The position numbers were made by a program, and so were the translations under genes. From NCBI GenBank assembly GCA_965235115.1, contig OZ249436.1, forward strand, positions 9,238,001-9,302,000: a stretch of 64,000 nt of DNA, in the 5' to 3' direction. The notes under the pieces are model-generated. The model was not told the origin of the DNA and ran no database searches. It saw only the letters and a list, made by a program, of their open reading frames with translations. This document shows positions 13,501 through 53,482 of the stretch, piece by piece. Numbering within the stretch: the stretch's first letter is position 1; each line of letters starts with the position of its first letter. Source of the DNA: Laetmonice hystrix. Taxonomy: Eukaryota.

Positions 13501-14739
13501 TTTTTTACTTGGCATAGCCTTTGCCGTCGTGAAGAAATCAATGGCCCAGAGAGCCCATTGAGCAATTTGAGGTGCTCAGTTACCAGTATCGTTTTTTTTG
13601 GGGTTCACGTAGGGAATATTTCTGTAAAATCACGTATGAAGTGAGTCACACTTGAAGGTAAAATCCAGAAGGTGTCTTCCGAGACTGGTGGCGCGACCTG
13701 CTCCCGATGTTTCTGATCGGTTGGTCAGTGAGGTATTTCTTAATCAGAAGGAAAGTCCAGTCATCTTCTTCTCGACCCGGCCTCACTAGAACGTTGCTCT
13801 TCATCAAGTCAGTAGTCTGAGGGTGTCCCTTATCTTTCTGAGTATATCTGACCTCATTTCTCCATTCTGAGTGGGGCAATGAAAGCGATCAGGTCTACTT
13901 TGTATTATCTTTCTACCGCTGTCTTTGTGTCAGAAGTTTCCCTGTTGCCATTGGTTGAAGTTCTAGATTGTCGGGATTGAGGTGTTGGTTGTTAATATTT
14001 GGAAGTAGTTGTGATGAAGTACACGTAATCATTGAATGTTTCGAGAACTTGAATTGTACACAAGGTACACAGATTACAACCACCAGCAGCCACTGCTGTG
14101 TGTCTCCAACCACATACCTCAATCTCCTTGTCTTTGTTAATTTCTCCTCCTCAGCGTACCAGCTGCAGCACCACCACCATATATCCAAAAAGGTTTTTTT
14201 TTTTGTTTTGTTTTGTAAATTTCAACTTCTTGACCTATTTTCGATGTTATCGATGTGCCACGACCTGACTGTGTTTATCTTGATTGTCTCCCGGCGATAG
14301 CGTCCGGACATAGCGGCATGATGTCTGCTAGCTGTTGGCTGTGGGGGTATAGAACAGTAGAACCTTTAATGATGTGATGAGATATCTCCCCACATAACTT
14401 GAGTGCCGTCTGTCCCCAAGGAAAAGTAACCAATGTCAGCGATAGGGTTCCACTCATATTTGATACAGGTGTACACCACATCTAATCATATGTACCCCCC
14501 CACCCCCTCATGGTCCTAATGAAAACATTGACACATACTGTTGAGGATCCTTTTTGAAGTTTTTCAGCATTTATTAATTTTGTGTACCACATACAGGTCA
14601 ATGCCATGTCCGTGATGAAGGTGAATTTTTGACCTCTGAAATTGAGCCACCATGTAAGAAAAGAGACTGAGAATGAAAGTAAATCTACCATGATTCTGTC
14701 AGGTTTGTCCTAATCAGGTTATTTGATTGTGTTTTCCAG

Positions 14740-42684
<27,945 letters not shown>

Positions 42685-43486
42685 CGGGACACGGAGTGGA
42701 GATTTACTGATGGCGTGGGGCCACAGCAGTGTCAGCTGGTGTATTATAGACAGGGTATTGGGACGGGTAGACTACTACTTAGCAGCTGGGCAGGCCTGGT
42801 GTTTACATGAGAATTCTGGGAACACGGACAAGATGATTGACCATGAGGCAGCGCATACCTTAGAAAACAACCACAGTGACGTCCATGGCTGTGTGGGCTA
42901 ACAACCAAGGACACTGTCTGGTGACCTTGTGGTATGTCGTGGAGTTTTCATACAGGAGGCGTGTCGTGTACCGATCGTGTCTAAGGACGGGTAACTACGG
43001 GAGAGACGAATGACACTGCAGGGTCTCTCACAGATGTACAGACACCCACCCCCAGCTGTTGGGTCAAGACGTACGTTTCTACCAGCCGTGAAGGCAATAC
43101 TCAGGTGTTCTTGCTGTACATGGCAGGTGGCGAGCAGTGGTGGTCACTAGGACATCATACTGGTGTCTGAAACCGCCCTCCCGGACGATGGGGCTGTGCG
43201 AAAATACCAACTCGACGTCTGACCCGTCATGTGCTGCCCTCTATGGGGTAGACTGGAAACTGTAGATGAGACGAGGAGACACCGTTCTGATAGCAGGCCA
43301 GGGCGGGCTGACTGAGGTGGTTAACACGTACACTGACATAATGGACGTGTGACTCTCAAGAGAAATATCCCCAGCTGTTGAGAGTCTGATCCCTAACCTA
43401 AGGTGCCTGGGCCTGCCGCTGGCGGGCTGTGCAGGCCGGGGCCGGCGAGGGCCGTCCGAGCCCAGGCTGACGGACCCGGGGCTGAC

Positions 43487-43964
43487 CCAGGAACGGTCCG
43501 CCGACCTGCAGGCGGGACAGGTATTATCTGTTCCAGGAACGGTCCGCCGACCTGCAGGCGGGACAGGTATTATCTGTTCCAGGAACGGTCCGCCGACCTG
43601 CAGGCGGGACAGGTATTATCTGTTCCAGGAACGGTCCGCCGACCTGCAGGCGGGACAGGTATTATCTGTTCCAGGAACGGTCCGCCGACCTGCAGGCGGG
43701 ACAGGTATTATCTGTTCCAGGAACGGTCCGCCGACCTGCAGGCGGGACAGGTATTATCTGTTCCAGGAACGGTCCACCGACCTGCAGGCGGGACAGGTAT
43801 TATCTGTTCCAGGAACGGTCCGCCGACCTGCAGGCGGGACAGGTATTATCTGTTCCAGGAACGGTCCGCCGACCTGCAGGCGGGACAGGTATTATCTGTT
43901 CCAGGAACGGTCCGCCGACCTGCAGGCGGGACAGGTATTATCTGTTCCAGGAACGGTCCGCCGA
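43487..43964. repeat. Minisatellite, 46-bp unit CCAGGAACGGTCCGCCGACCTGCAGGCGGGACAGGTATTATCTGTT, about 10.4 copies, in the putative 3' UTR
   Basis: Seen directly; lies between the stop codon and the first good poly(A) signal. Confidence 0.97.
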
Positions 43965-44202
43965 ATCTGAATGGCACCAGAGTTTTCATCACTGTCATAG
44001 TGCATCAAGTTTTATGAGAGTAAGTGGGGGCCATTGTGGTGGTCGTGTGAATGGTTGTCAGTGGAGATGTGTGAAGTGGGCAGCCTTGATTGGCCGGCAT
44101 TATGAACTGTTCATGTGAGGGGTTGACATCAACCACAAACTGAAATAGAAACGTTACAGAGATGCACACAAATCAAGGACTTGTTCATCCATGGCTATTT
44201 TT

Positions 44203-44230
44203 GTACAGAGAATAAAAGCAGTATATTTTT
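44203..44230 (+). terminator. Candidate proximal polyadenylation signal of BMPR1
   Basis: AATAAA at 44211-44216, preceded by TGTA (CFIm-type element) and followed by a T-rich tract; about 1.5 kb past the stop codon. Confidence 0.5.
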
Positions 44231-44490
44231 ATTGCCGAACTGTGACAGGACCCTGGGCAGTGCTGTCGCGATGGTGCATGTATGTAGAAGTCTGCATGCT
44301 GTAGATAGCTAGGCCTGTACATTATTTACAAGAACTATTTTATGTAAAGTCTGACAGAAATGGGCACATACAGACGTCCTGAGATGCAAAGAATGAGGCT
44401 ATGTAACTATTTTAATTGGAACTGCTATGTAATATTAAGAGGAAAGACCAAAGGTCTTGAAGTTATAACGTTTTTAACTACTGTCACTAT

Positions 44491-44556
44491 AATCCCACAA
44501 AGTTGCTACCATGATAGTGTAAGAATCCCACAAACTTGCTACCATGATAGTGTAAG
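44491..44556. repeat. 33-bp tandem duplication
   Basis: AATCCCACAAA(G/C)TTGCTACCATGATAGTGTAAG occurs twice. Confidence 0.9.
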
Positions 44557-44742
44557 CCTGCGGGCTGTGTTGACATGCACAATCCCCTCTTGTACCAGTT
44601 ATATCTGAGTTATAGTGCGGGTACAGATAGCCGTGACAGGTCCATTCAGACTCGAGTTAATACGAGAACCAGTTAGAGCAGCTACGTTAAGAGGAATTTT
44701 AGCTTTTACGAGTGCGTGTAAATGAGTATAAAGTCGTGTCAG

Positions 44743-44770
44743 AATAAAAATAAAAAATAAAAAGTATTTT
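44743..44770 (+). terminator. Candidate distal polyadenylation signals
   Basis: Tandem AATAAA at 44743-44748 and 44749-44754, then a T-rich tract. The A-rich context lowers specificity. Confidence 0.35.
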
Positions 44771-45302
44771 TCCATGAACCTGTAAAATTCGGGTGCTTTA
44801 GACGACACCCTGATAAATTACAGTACAAGTATTTGATTTGGTCTATTTGAAATATTTGTTTTTTTTTAGATTTCCAGTTTTTTCTACTTACCAGATAGTG
44901 GCTACACATTGGGTTGGTCCTTGAGCATTGTTATGTCATTATCATTATAACATATGTACAGAGATATAATTAGGGTCTGTATCTTGCATTATCAGCAGGG
45001 GACCTGCCACTGATTTTAGTATTTATTTCAATACCTCAGGAAAGGTTATTTATTCAAGACCTTTGGTTCTCATCATGGGGCTCGTTCCCAATTGCAAGTA
45101 GTTCCATTCGTGCTATACATATATACATAAAAAAATATATAAATAATCTTCAGTGTGCCTTTGAAATTTGTACAAAAGTACCATATTCCAATTAAAACAA
45201 GAAGGAGAAATTAAAAAGAGGGGAATATTGAAGCGGAATAGTAGAAGACGAAACACTGACTTGGTAATATCTCGAGTCCTCTGGTCGTGACTTGTCGATT
45301 GA

Positions 45303-45316
45303 AGCGCCATCTAGTG
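45303..45316 (-). promoter_or_regulatory. CTCF-like motif, reverse orientation
   Basis: Reverse complement CACTAGATGGCGCT; matches the consensus except at the first C. Confidence 0.5.
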
Positions 45317-47478
45317 TTAGATGTGAACATTCGGTTGGCGTCGGTGGGTTACCACATACATCCAGTTAATCGCTTTCAGTGAGGTGTTGAATCCATCGTG
45401 TATTTCTTTGCTGCGCACTCGCTCTTTCTTTCTGTTTCTCTTTCCCGACCATCTCCTTTCTTTGTCTTGTGTCTATGTTCGCAATTTTTTTTAAACCGAT
45501 AGTTTTATACAGTGGCATATGTTAGAAGTATTCCCCGCTTATTCTGACAGGAGGATTATAATTTGTTTTGAGGTTCACGTAGTCATAACAAATCCCAAGA
45601 AGACTGTCAGCCGGCATTGACATCTCGGTTTGGCTGCAATTCCAAACTACTTTTTGATTTTTACATCTTAGGGAAAAGACAGACTTTGGGGGAAATTTTC
45701 ATACGAATTGATACGGATACAAATTGAGCTATTTTTCAATGAGCAAGGAATATTTTACAATCACTACCAGCCATTGAAACTAGATTGGTACTCGGATAAA
45801 ACGATCTGACACCACTTAACGTGGACTTTTGATAAACAGTGGATTAATTTGACCGTCAAGTTGTTGACCTAAGATGGGAAGTCGACATCCGATGCACTGA
45901 TCCTGTTGACAACATTCCGTATTTATTATTGGTACTCGGTCCCAAGTTACAAGTACTTGACAAAATAAATATACGTCGGCCTTTCATGAAGAGCGGAGGA
46001 GGGAAAGGCCAGGCTTTGGACCCTTGCCAGTTTGGAGAATACAAAATAAATTTACATTGACATCGTTTTGCCAATCAGTATCGGTATGGATTTTGTGACT
46101 AGGTTGCAGGATATAAAAACAAAATTATGAAAACCACATGTAATTCGCTTTAAGCTGAAAGACATTTTGTTATTGTGTACAGGCAAATAAAAGATGCGCC
46201 TTGACATGTTGAAGAGTTGAACGGAGCGAATGGTAAGGAGGGAGTGCCAGCGTGTTTTAATTGAGTTGTATAATGTATCACTATGTAGTGCAAGGGATTT
46301 ATTTTAATAGCGATGGACCTACATAAGTCCCCTGTCCTACAGAAGGCTTTCAGACACCAACACACTTGTTTGCAAGCAGCGGCTGGAGCTGTGCTGTCTC
46401 CCGTTATCTGTATGTAAACCAGTATAGGTTGGATGCATTACCAGTTGGTGTTCACTTTGTTAACCGTTATCTCGACAAGCTGCAGTTATCTACCTGTCAG
46501 TAGTGATTGACGTCTGAGGTTGTCCACTGATTGACATCGCTGGTCGCGACTGTTTCGTGCTTGAAGATAAACCAATGGCAGCAGACACATAACGCCGCGC
46601 TGTATATCGGCTCCCTGCTTCTGCAACGGCTTTTACTTGATAGTGCTTTAACAGTTAGCGGGATGTGTAAGTAGATTTTGTAACTAAACAGTTCAATTTG
46701 TAAATTATACACTTGCCATGGACATACATGCATTCATAGACGTATTTGTTAAGTGGCAAATCATTTTCAATAAAATATTACTTCCAAGTGAAGTTTGGTC
46801 TCTTTTTCTTAAATCTGTATCAGGTGGGCGAGTTTATTAGGGGGTTTACGACCTGTCAGCAGTTTGTCGGCCAATCTTGATGACCAGAACTTTGTAAAAA
46901 CACTGACTCAGTCATGGGACGTAATGTACCCCTGGGGCTCAGGGAGATGGTGATGATGAGAATGGAATGAGACCTGCCAACAGAAACCCCCTTTAATTCT
47001 TTAGACAAAGGGGTATTTTACATGCCCACTCCATGATTCTGCAGCCCGACACTCAAAACGCTTCCCTGCACCAGTTAACCCATTCGTCGCCCCTTACGAC
47101 CAGCCAGGGGCGCAGGCTAAGGATCATTCTTTAGGGGATTATCCCACGGCGACTACTAGGGGATTTCGTAGTACAAATGTACTTAAAGGTTTATGGAGGA
47201 TGACCTTCCTCGGTTGCCACCAGTAATGCCGTCAGTGCCTAATTATTTTAACGGTAGGCCTATACGTTTCCCCATAATGATGTAGGGCGCTACTATTTGC
47301 CCAATAGAATTTTGAAAATGCCAGTTATTTTCAAAATGGTTCTTTAGGGCACTGGTGGGGAGGGGGTAAAACATGACGTTCTACATTGTATTAATGTGCT
47401 TAGTTTATCTTGTTGACACTAGGTGGAGTCGCACGTTTGCCTCAGTGGGTTTATCGAAGCGTCACTAACGGTCGTTTA

Positions 47479-47492
47479 CCGCCAGGTGGCAG
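47479..47492 (+). promoter_or_regulatory. CTCF consensus motif, forward orientation
   Basis: CCGCCAGGTGGCAG. Confidence 0.55.
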
Positions 47493-48346
47493 TAGCGTCA
47501 GAACGACTGGTAAGAGCAAAGCCTGGTCCCAGAGGGTCGCCTCCATTCACAGTGTGCACAGTGATGGTGGGCAGGTTTACCGGTACATGACCACAGCAGG
47601 CCAGCGGAGCCGGGATATGGTGGGAAGGGGACACAGAGTAGGGATACACATATATATACCAGTAGATTAAAATAGATCAAGGATCCGAACGGACTGCTGA
47701 AATAGGCAATGGACTAAATATGGTAGAAGAAAGGGCTCTGAGCGAAGGGCACCCATGGGATTAGAACCTCGGCTGTGTTGTTGTGCTCACACCGAATGCA
47801 AAGGACCCGCTCCCACGGATTGAGTGAGGAACGGTGGGCCATTACAGAGATTGTATGATAGCACTCTTGACAGAGAGGGAGAGACGTTTCAGTGGAATCG
47901 AGGATAAACGAGCCCAGATTGATGTAAATATTAGTCGCATGGTGACTAGGGTGCACCCCGGGGCCTTCTTTTCACTGACCCCATTTTCAAACTATTCCCA
48001 GATAGGCCGCAGAATGAACGTCAACAGGAAGCAGGACCCAAGTCGCTGTCCTTATGTGTCCCCTGAGCATCTCTTGTGACCACGACCTAGACGATAGAAA
48101 TGCAAGAAGCCGCCCAACTGATCACCTCGCGCAGGTTAGCAGGCATGACAGCACCGGCTGAGCTGGATTCATGCATTCCAAGAGGAACGCAGGCGAAACG
48201 CTGCTGGTTTTGGAATTCTGCGCAGTAGGGCCAGGGACATTCATTATTAAAGGCGCATTTGGTAGTGATATTTCTGTTTTCTTTTTGATGTTTATTTGGG
48301 GCGCGGTATTTGAATGTTTATGCTTTCTTAGGTCGATGCATGCAGT

Positions 48347-48723
48347 GGACCAGAAGAGGCGAGGAGTTCGTGGCTGGCAGGGAGAGGCCAGTTGGACTAG
48401 AAGAGGTGAGGAGTTCGTGGCTGGCAGGGAGAGGCGAGTTGGACCAGAAGAGGTGAGGAGTTCGTGGCTGGCAGTGAGAGGCGAGTTGGACCAGAAGAGG
48501 TGAGGAGTTCGTGGCTGGCAGTGAGAGGCGAGTTGGACCAGAAGAGGTGAGGAGTTCGTGGCTGGCAGGGAGGGACGAGTTGGACCAGAAGAGGTGAGGA
48601 GTTCGTGGCTGGCAGTGAGAGGCGAGTTGGACCAGAAGAGGTGAGGAGTTCGTGGCTGGCAGGGAGAGGCGAGTTGGACCAGAAGAGGTGAGGAGTTCGT
48701 GGCTGGCAGGGATAGACGAGTTG
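48347..48723. repeat. Minisatellite, 47-bp unit, 8 copies
   Basis: GGAC(C/T)AGAAGAGG recurs every 47 bp. Confidence 0.97.
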
Positions 48724-48940
48724 GAAGTATGGAAGGCGACCCTCTTTTTACCTCCAAATTGATTTATTGACTTCTCTAATTCCTAGAAACTACGTTTGCC
48801 TGTTTTCAACTATTCCCAGAAAAGATGGCGTTCATGGTAGAAGTCTTCACACTCAGTGGATGTCGGATATTAAAAACAATGTACTATTGCGAGTTTGTTC
48901 AATATTCGAACGTAAACGTTTGATTTGGTAATGAACTATA

Positions 48941-49141
48941 AGATCGTACATGTGCCGGTGGGTCTACATCGTACATATGTGCCGGTGGGTCTAGATCGTA
49001 CATGTGCCGGTGGGCCTAGATCGTACATGTGCCGGTGGGCCTAGATCGTACATGTGCCGGTGGGCCTAGATCGTACATGTGCCGGTGGGCCTAGATCGTA
49101 CATGTGCCGGTGGGCCTAGATCGTACATGTGCCGGTGGGCC
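48941..49141. repeat. Minisatellite, 25-bp unit AGATCGTACATGTGCCGGTGGGCCT, about 8 copies
   Basis: Seen directly. Confidence 0.96.
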
Positions 49142-49936
49142 AGCTCCTCCCCGCGAACCTTGCCCGCTCTACAAATGTGATTGGATTCCAGGTCATGTAC
49201 ATAGTGGCTCCAATTATTACCTCATACATCACGTTCTCAGCTACATCTTATCTTCTTGGGTATAGGATGGGCTCATGTATCCTACAACTCCAGTCGGGTT
49301 CAGGAACCCAGTAAGTCCTGGCCAGAGGGCATCATATATATTTTCTGACTAAGAAGGATTTGGAAATGTGACATTGCAGCGCATCATGGTAGTAGCGCCT
49401 TGTCACGCAATCGAGTTCTATCAAATTAGCTCAGGTTTAGCCTTATCCTGCGCAGCGCCAATTGTGCCTGACTCAGGGGTCCGAAGGGGCAGAGTGTGCA
49501 TGATGACCTGGACACGATGGTAGGAGTAGCCGGGCGCGGAACTCAGACGGCTAGTTCCGGGTTGATAATGTCGGGGGAGAACAAGATAATATGAAGGGCA
49601 GAACACAGATGAAAGTCGCCCCGTTTCCTCCCTGGAGTGAGAGAAAATCATCAGTTTCGGACTGGAAAAAGAAGCTCTTTCGTATAATTATGGAGAAAAG
49701 CCGTTTATAAAGAGACTCTCCCTTCGTCCGCCATCATTTCACATGGCCCGAACGCCCCCCCCCCCGTCCCCCGCCCGTACCCCGCGATCCACCCACCATC
49801 TCTACAGACACCACGCCGATGACACCATTCATCAGCATAATCTCAGATTAAGAGAATCAATCGCCGACGAAGCTGATTATGCCGCCATTGAACGTTGCTT
49901 ATGAGTTAATTACCCGGGTAACATTACAATCTTCAA

Positions 49937-50003
49937 AATCTGGTATTTAATCTGGTATTTAATCTGGTACTTTTAATCTGGTATTTCGAAATCTGGTATT
50001 TAA
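49937..50003. repeat. Short AATCTGGTATTT repeat, about 5 imperfect copies
   Basis: Seen directly. Confidence 0.85.
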
Positions 50004-50581
50004 ATGCGAGAAGAACGTCCCCAGAATTTTGTATTTATGATAGCAGGCTGTAGGCTATATTGGAGCTAGGGCGAGCTGTTCCCGTGTGGAATGTTTTGCC
50101 GTAAATATGCTGACAGAGATCCATGCCTAATGACTATACCAGAAACATGAGACTAATCGTTCAGTGTAATAAAGTCTTTAAATATTATACTTTGAGTACC
50201 TGGTCGGATATGATAAGGTAGTTTGGAGGGTTAGCCACATCTTAGCGTCAGCATGTGTTGTTAAGGCTGGGCTCTTAAGTGATCGTTTGCCTTGGTGTTT
50301 ATAGACCGTTGGCCAAGAAAATATCTCCTCAATTTACTGAGGGAAGGCGTTATTTAAGCTGATGCACACATGTGGAGTATGAAAGGAGAACGACGGAAGT
50401 TGCCTGGTAAGAGAAGCCATTCAATTCAATGCCTGATTCGGCGCAGTGCCTTGTAATGGTCTAATTATGGAGCTAATTGAAGTCGAGGACGATTGTTGAT
50501 ATCGACAAGGGGGATCAGCGAAAACTGCACATGCGCAATCAGTATCGATTTTTTTACGTATTACGATATCACGTATTTACC

Positions 50582-51188
50582 GTATAAAATTCTCATGTCG
50601 TCCAGGCGGGGGTATTGTTTTGAACGTGTTGGTGTGACCAGTGATAACCAGGCTGTTATAGTATAAAATTCTCATGTCGTCTAGGCGGGGGTATTGTTTT
50701 GAACGTGTTGGTGTGAGATAACCAGGCTGTTATAGTATAAAATTCTCATGTCGTCCAGGCGGGGGTATTGTTTTGAACGTGTTGGTGTGAGATAACCAGG
50801 CTGTTATAGTATAAAATTCTCATGTCGTCCAGGCGGGGGTATTGTTTTGAACGTGTTGGTGTGAGATAACCAGGCTGTTATAGTATAAAATTCTCATGTC
50901 GTCCAGGCGGGGGTATTGTTTTGAACGTGTTGGTGTGAGATAACCAGGCTGTTATAGTATAAAATTCTCATGTCGTCCAGGCGGGGGTATTGTTTTGAAC
51001 GTGTTGGTGTGAGATAACCAGGCTGTTATAGTATAAAATTCTCATGTCGTCCAGGCGGGGGTATTGTTTTGAACGTGTTGGTGTGACCAGTGATAACCAG
51101 GCTGTTATAGTATAAAATTCTCATGTCGTCCAGGCGGGGGTATTGTTTTGAACGTGTTGGTGTGACCAGTGATAACCAGGCTGGTATA
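50582..51188. repeat. Minisatellite with 74/79-bp units, about 8 copies
   Basis: GTATAAAATTCTCATGTCG recurs; the long variant has a CCAGT insert. Confidence 0.97.
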
Positions 51189-51487
51189 GAACCGTACACG
51201 ATCGTGATCATATAGACACACAGTTGGCAGTGGGAGCCACAAATGAAGCTGTCACACTGAAAACATTATCGGCCATAGAACAATGCCGATTGTGTTTCGG
51301 TTCAGTACGTCAGCGGTAGATTCATGTTTTATCGTCTGCTGAGTCATTGCAGATATTGCAAAATAAGGCCTATGGATGGAGTAAGGGACATGTACCCTGA
51401 TAAAATAAATGTGTGGGAAAATATGGAAGGTAGTTTGTCTTCTGTCTCGTGATAGCCAGGTGGTTCACTCGGTAGTCATCGATAGAA

Positions 51488-53058
51488 GTAAACAGAGTTA
51501 GGTGTCATATTGAGGGGTGTTGTAAACAGAGTTAGGTGTCATATTGAGGGGTGTTGTAAACAGAGTTAGGTGTCATATTGAGGGAAGTTGTAAACAGAGT
51601 TAGGTGTCATATTGAGGGGTGTTGTAAACAGAGTTAGGTGTTGAGGGGTGTTGTAAACAGAGTTAGGTGTCATATTGAAGGGAGTTGTAAACAGAGTTAG
51701 GTGTCATATTGAGGGGAGTTGTAAACAGAGTTAGGTGTTGAGGGGTGTTGTAAACAGAGTTAGGTGTCATATTGAGGGGTGTTGTAAACAGAGTTAGGTG
51801 TCATATTGAGGGGAGTTGTAAACAGAGTTAGGTGTCATTGAGGGGTGTTGTAAACAGAGTTAGGTGTCATATTGAGGGGTGTTGTAAGCAGAGTTAGGTG
51901 TCATATTGAGGGGTGTTGTAAACAGAGTTAGGTGTCATTGAGGGGTGTTGTAAACAGAGTTAGGTGTCATATTGAGGGGTGTTGTAAACAGAGTTAGGTG
52001 TCATTGAGGGGAGTTGTAAACAGAGTTAGGTGTCATATTGAGGGGTGTTGTAAACAGAGTTAGGTGTCATAATGAGGGGTGTTGTAAACAGAGTTAGGTG
52101 TTGAGGGGTGTTGTAAACAGAGTTAGGTGTCATTGAGGGGAGTTGTAAACAGAGTTAGGTGTCATTGAGGGGTGTTGTAAACAGAGTTAGGTGTCATATT
52201 GAGGGGTGTTGTAAACAGAGTTAGGTGTCATATTGAGGGGTGTTGTAAACATAGTTAGGTGTCATATTGAAAAGTGTTGTAAACAGAGTTAGGTGTCATA
52301 TTGAAGGGAGTTGTAAACAGAGTTAGGTGTTGAGGGGTGTTGTAAACAGAGTTAGGTGTCATATTGAAGGGAGTTGTAAACAGAGTTAGGTGTCATATTG
52401 AAGGGAGTTGTAAACAGAGTTAGGTGTCATTGAGGGGTGTTGTAAACAGAGTTAGGTGTCATATTGAGGGGAGTTGCAAACAGAGTTAGGTGTCATTGAG
52501 GGGTGTTGTAAACAGAGTTAGGTGTCATATTGAAGGGAGTTGTAAACAGAGTTAGGTGTCATTGAGGGGTGTGTAAACAGAGTTAGGTGTCATTGAGGGG
52601 TGTTGTAAACAGAGTTAGGTGTCATTGAGGGGTGTTGTAAACAGAGTTAGGTGTCATTGAGGGGTGTTGTAAACAGAGTTAGGTGTCATATTGAAGGGAG
52701 TTGTAAACAGAGTTAGGTGTCATATTGAGGGGAGTTGTAAACAGAGTTAGGTGTCATTGAGGGGTGTTGTAAACAGAGTTAGGTGTCATATTGAGGGGTG
52801 TTGCAAACAGAGTTAGTTGTCATTGAGGGGAGTTGTAAACAGAGTTAGGTGTCATATTGAGGGGAGTTGTAAACAGAGTTAGGTGTTATATTGAGGGGTG
52901 TTGTAAACAGAGTTAGGTGTCATTGAGGGGTGTTGTAAACAGAGTTAGGTGTCATATTGAGGGGTGTTGTAAACAGAGTTAGGTGTCATATTGAGGGGTG
53001 TTGTAAACAGAGTTAGGTGTCATATTGAGGGGTGTTGTAAACAGAGTTGAGGGGAGTT
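51488..53058. repeat. Minisatellite, 34-bp unit GTTGTAAACAGAGTTAGGTGTCATATTGAGGGGT with shorter variants, about 47 copies
   Basis: Seen directly. Confidence 0.98.
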
Positions 53059-53324
53059 ATTTGCTGACGAAGGGTTGAAGAGGTGTATATGAAGGCTGAT
53101 TTGATCCGAATTCGGAAATGATCGTTTTCTCATTGGATTCAACAAAAACCATCTCGGACGTGAACCTGTTATGTGATAGACGTGTAGGATAATAGACCTA
53201 TAGTGTTATATTCCCGGTCATGATGGTAATGGGCATCGCTTATTGCGAGAGGCAGCGTTTAGCACTATCATAGGCTTCTGTAGGTCCGATTTTACTTAGC
53301 CTCTTATGGGTGTTTTGTAGAGTA

Positions 53325-53482
53325 GGGGGGGGGGGGTCCTGCCCCCCCCCCCTTTGGCGTCATTTTTTCTCTTTTTACAATAGAGCTGTCTGAATTAACC
53401 GTGTTGGACCACCCCCCCCTCCTTTTGCCAGATTCTGTCTATATGGACGCCCGCCCCTTCGAAATTCCTTGATCCGCCCCTG
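53325..53482. mobile_element. MITE-like fragment ending in GATCCGCCCCTG
   Basis: The terminus is the reverse complement of the CAG(G/T)GGCGGAT type at 54931 and 8742; G-run/C-run interior. Confidence 0.5.

Noticed and set aside
43403-44017. 204-aa ORF, and a bacterial lipobox-like LAGC in another frame
   Set aside because: The 46-bp unit cycles through three stop-free frames; the context is eukaryotic 3' UTR with no bacterial gene features.
49221-49350. Minus-strand segment with good acceptor and donor
   Set aside because: All three frames contain stops.
51488-53058. TTAGG in each unit as a telomeric repeat
   Set aside because: It is a single pentamer per 34-bp unit, not a tandem telomeric tract.
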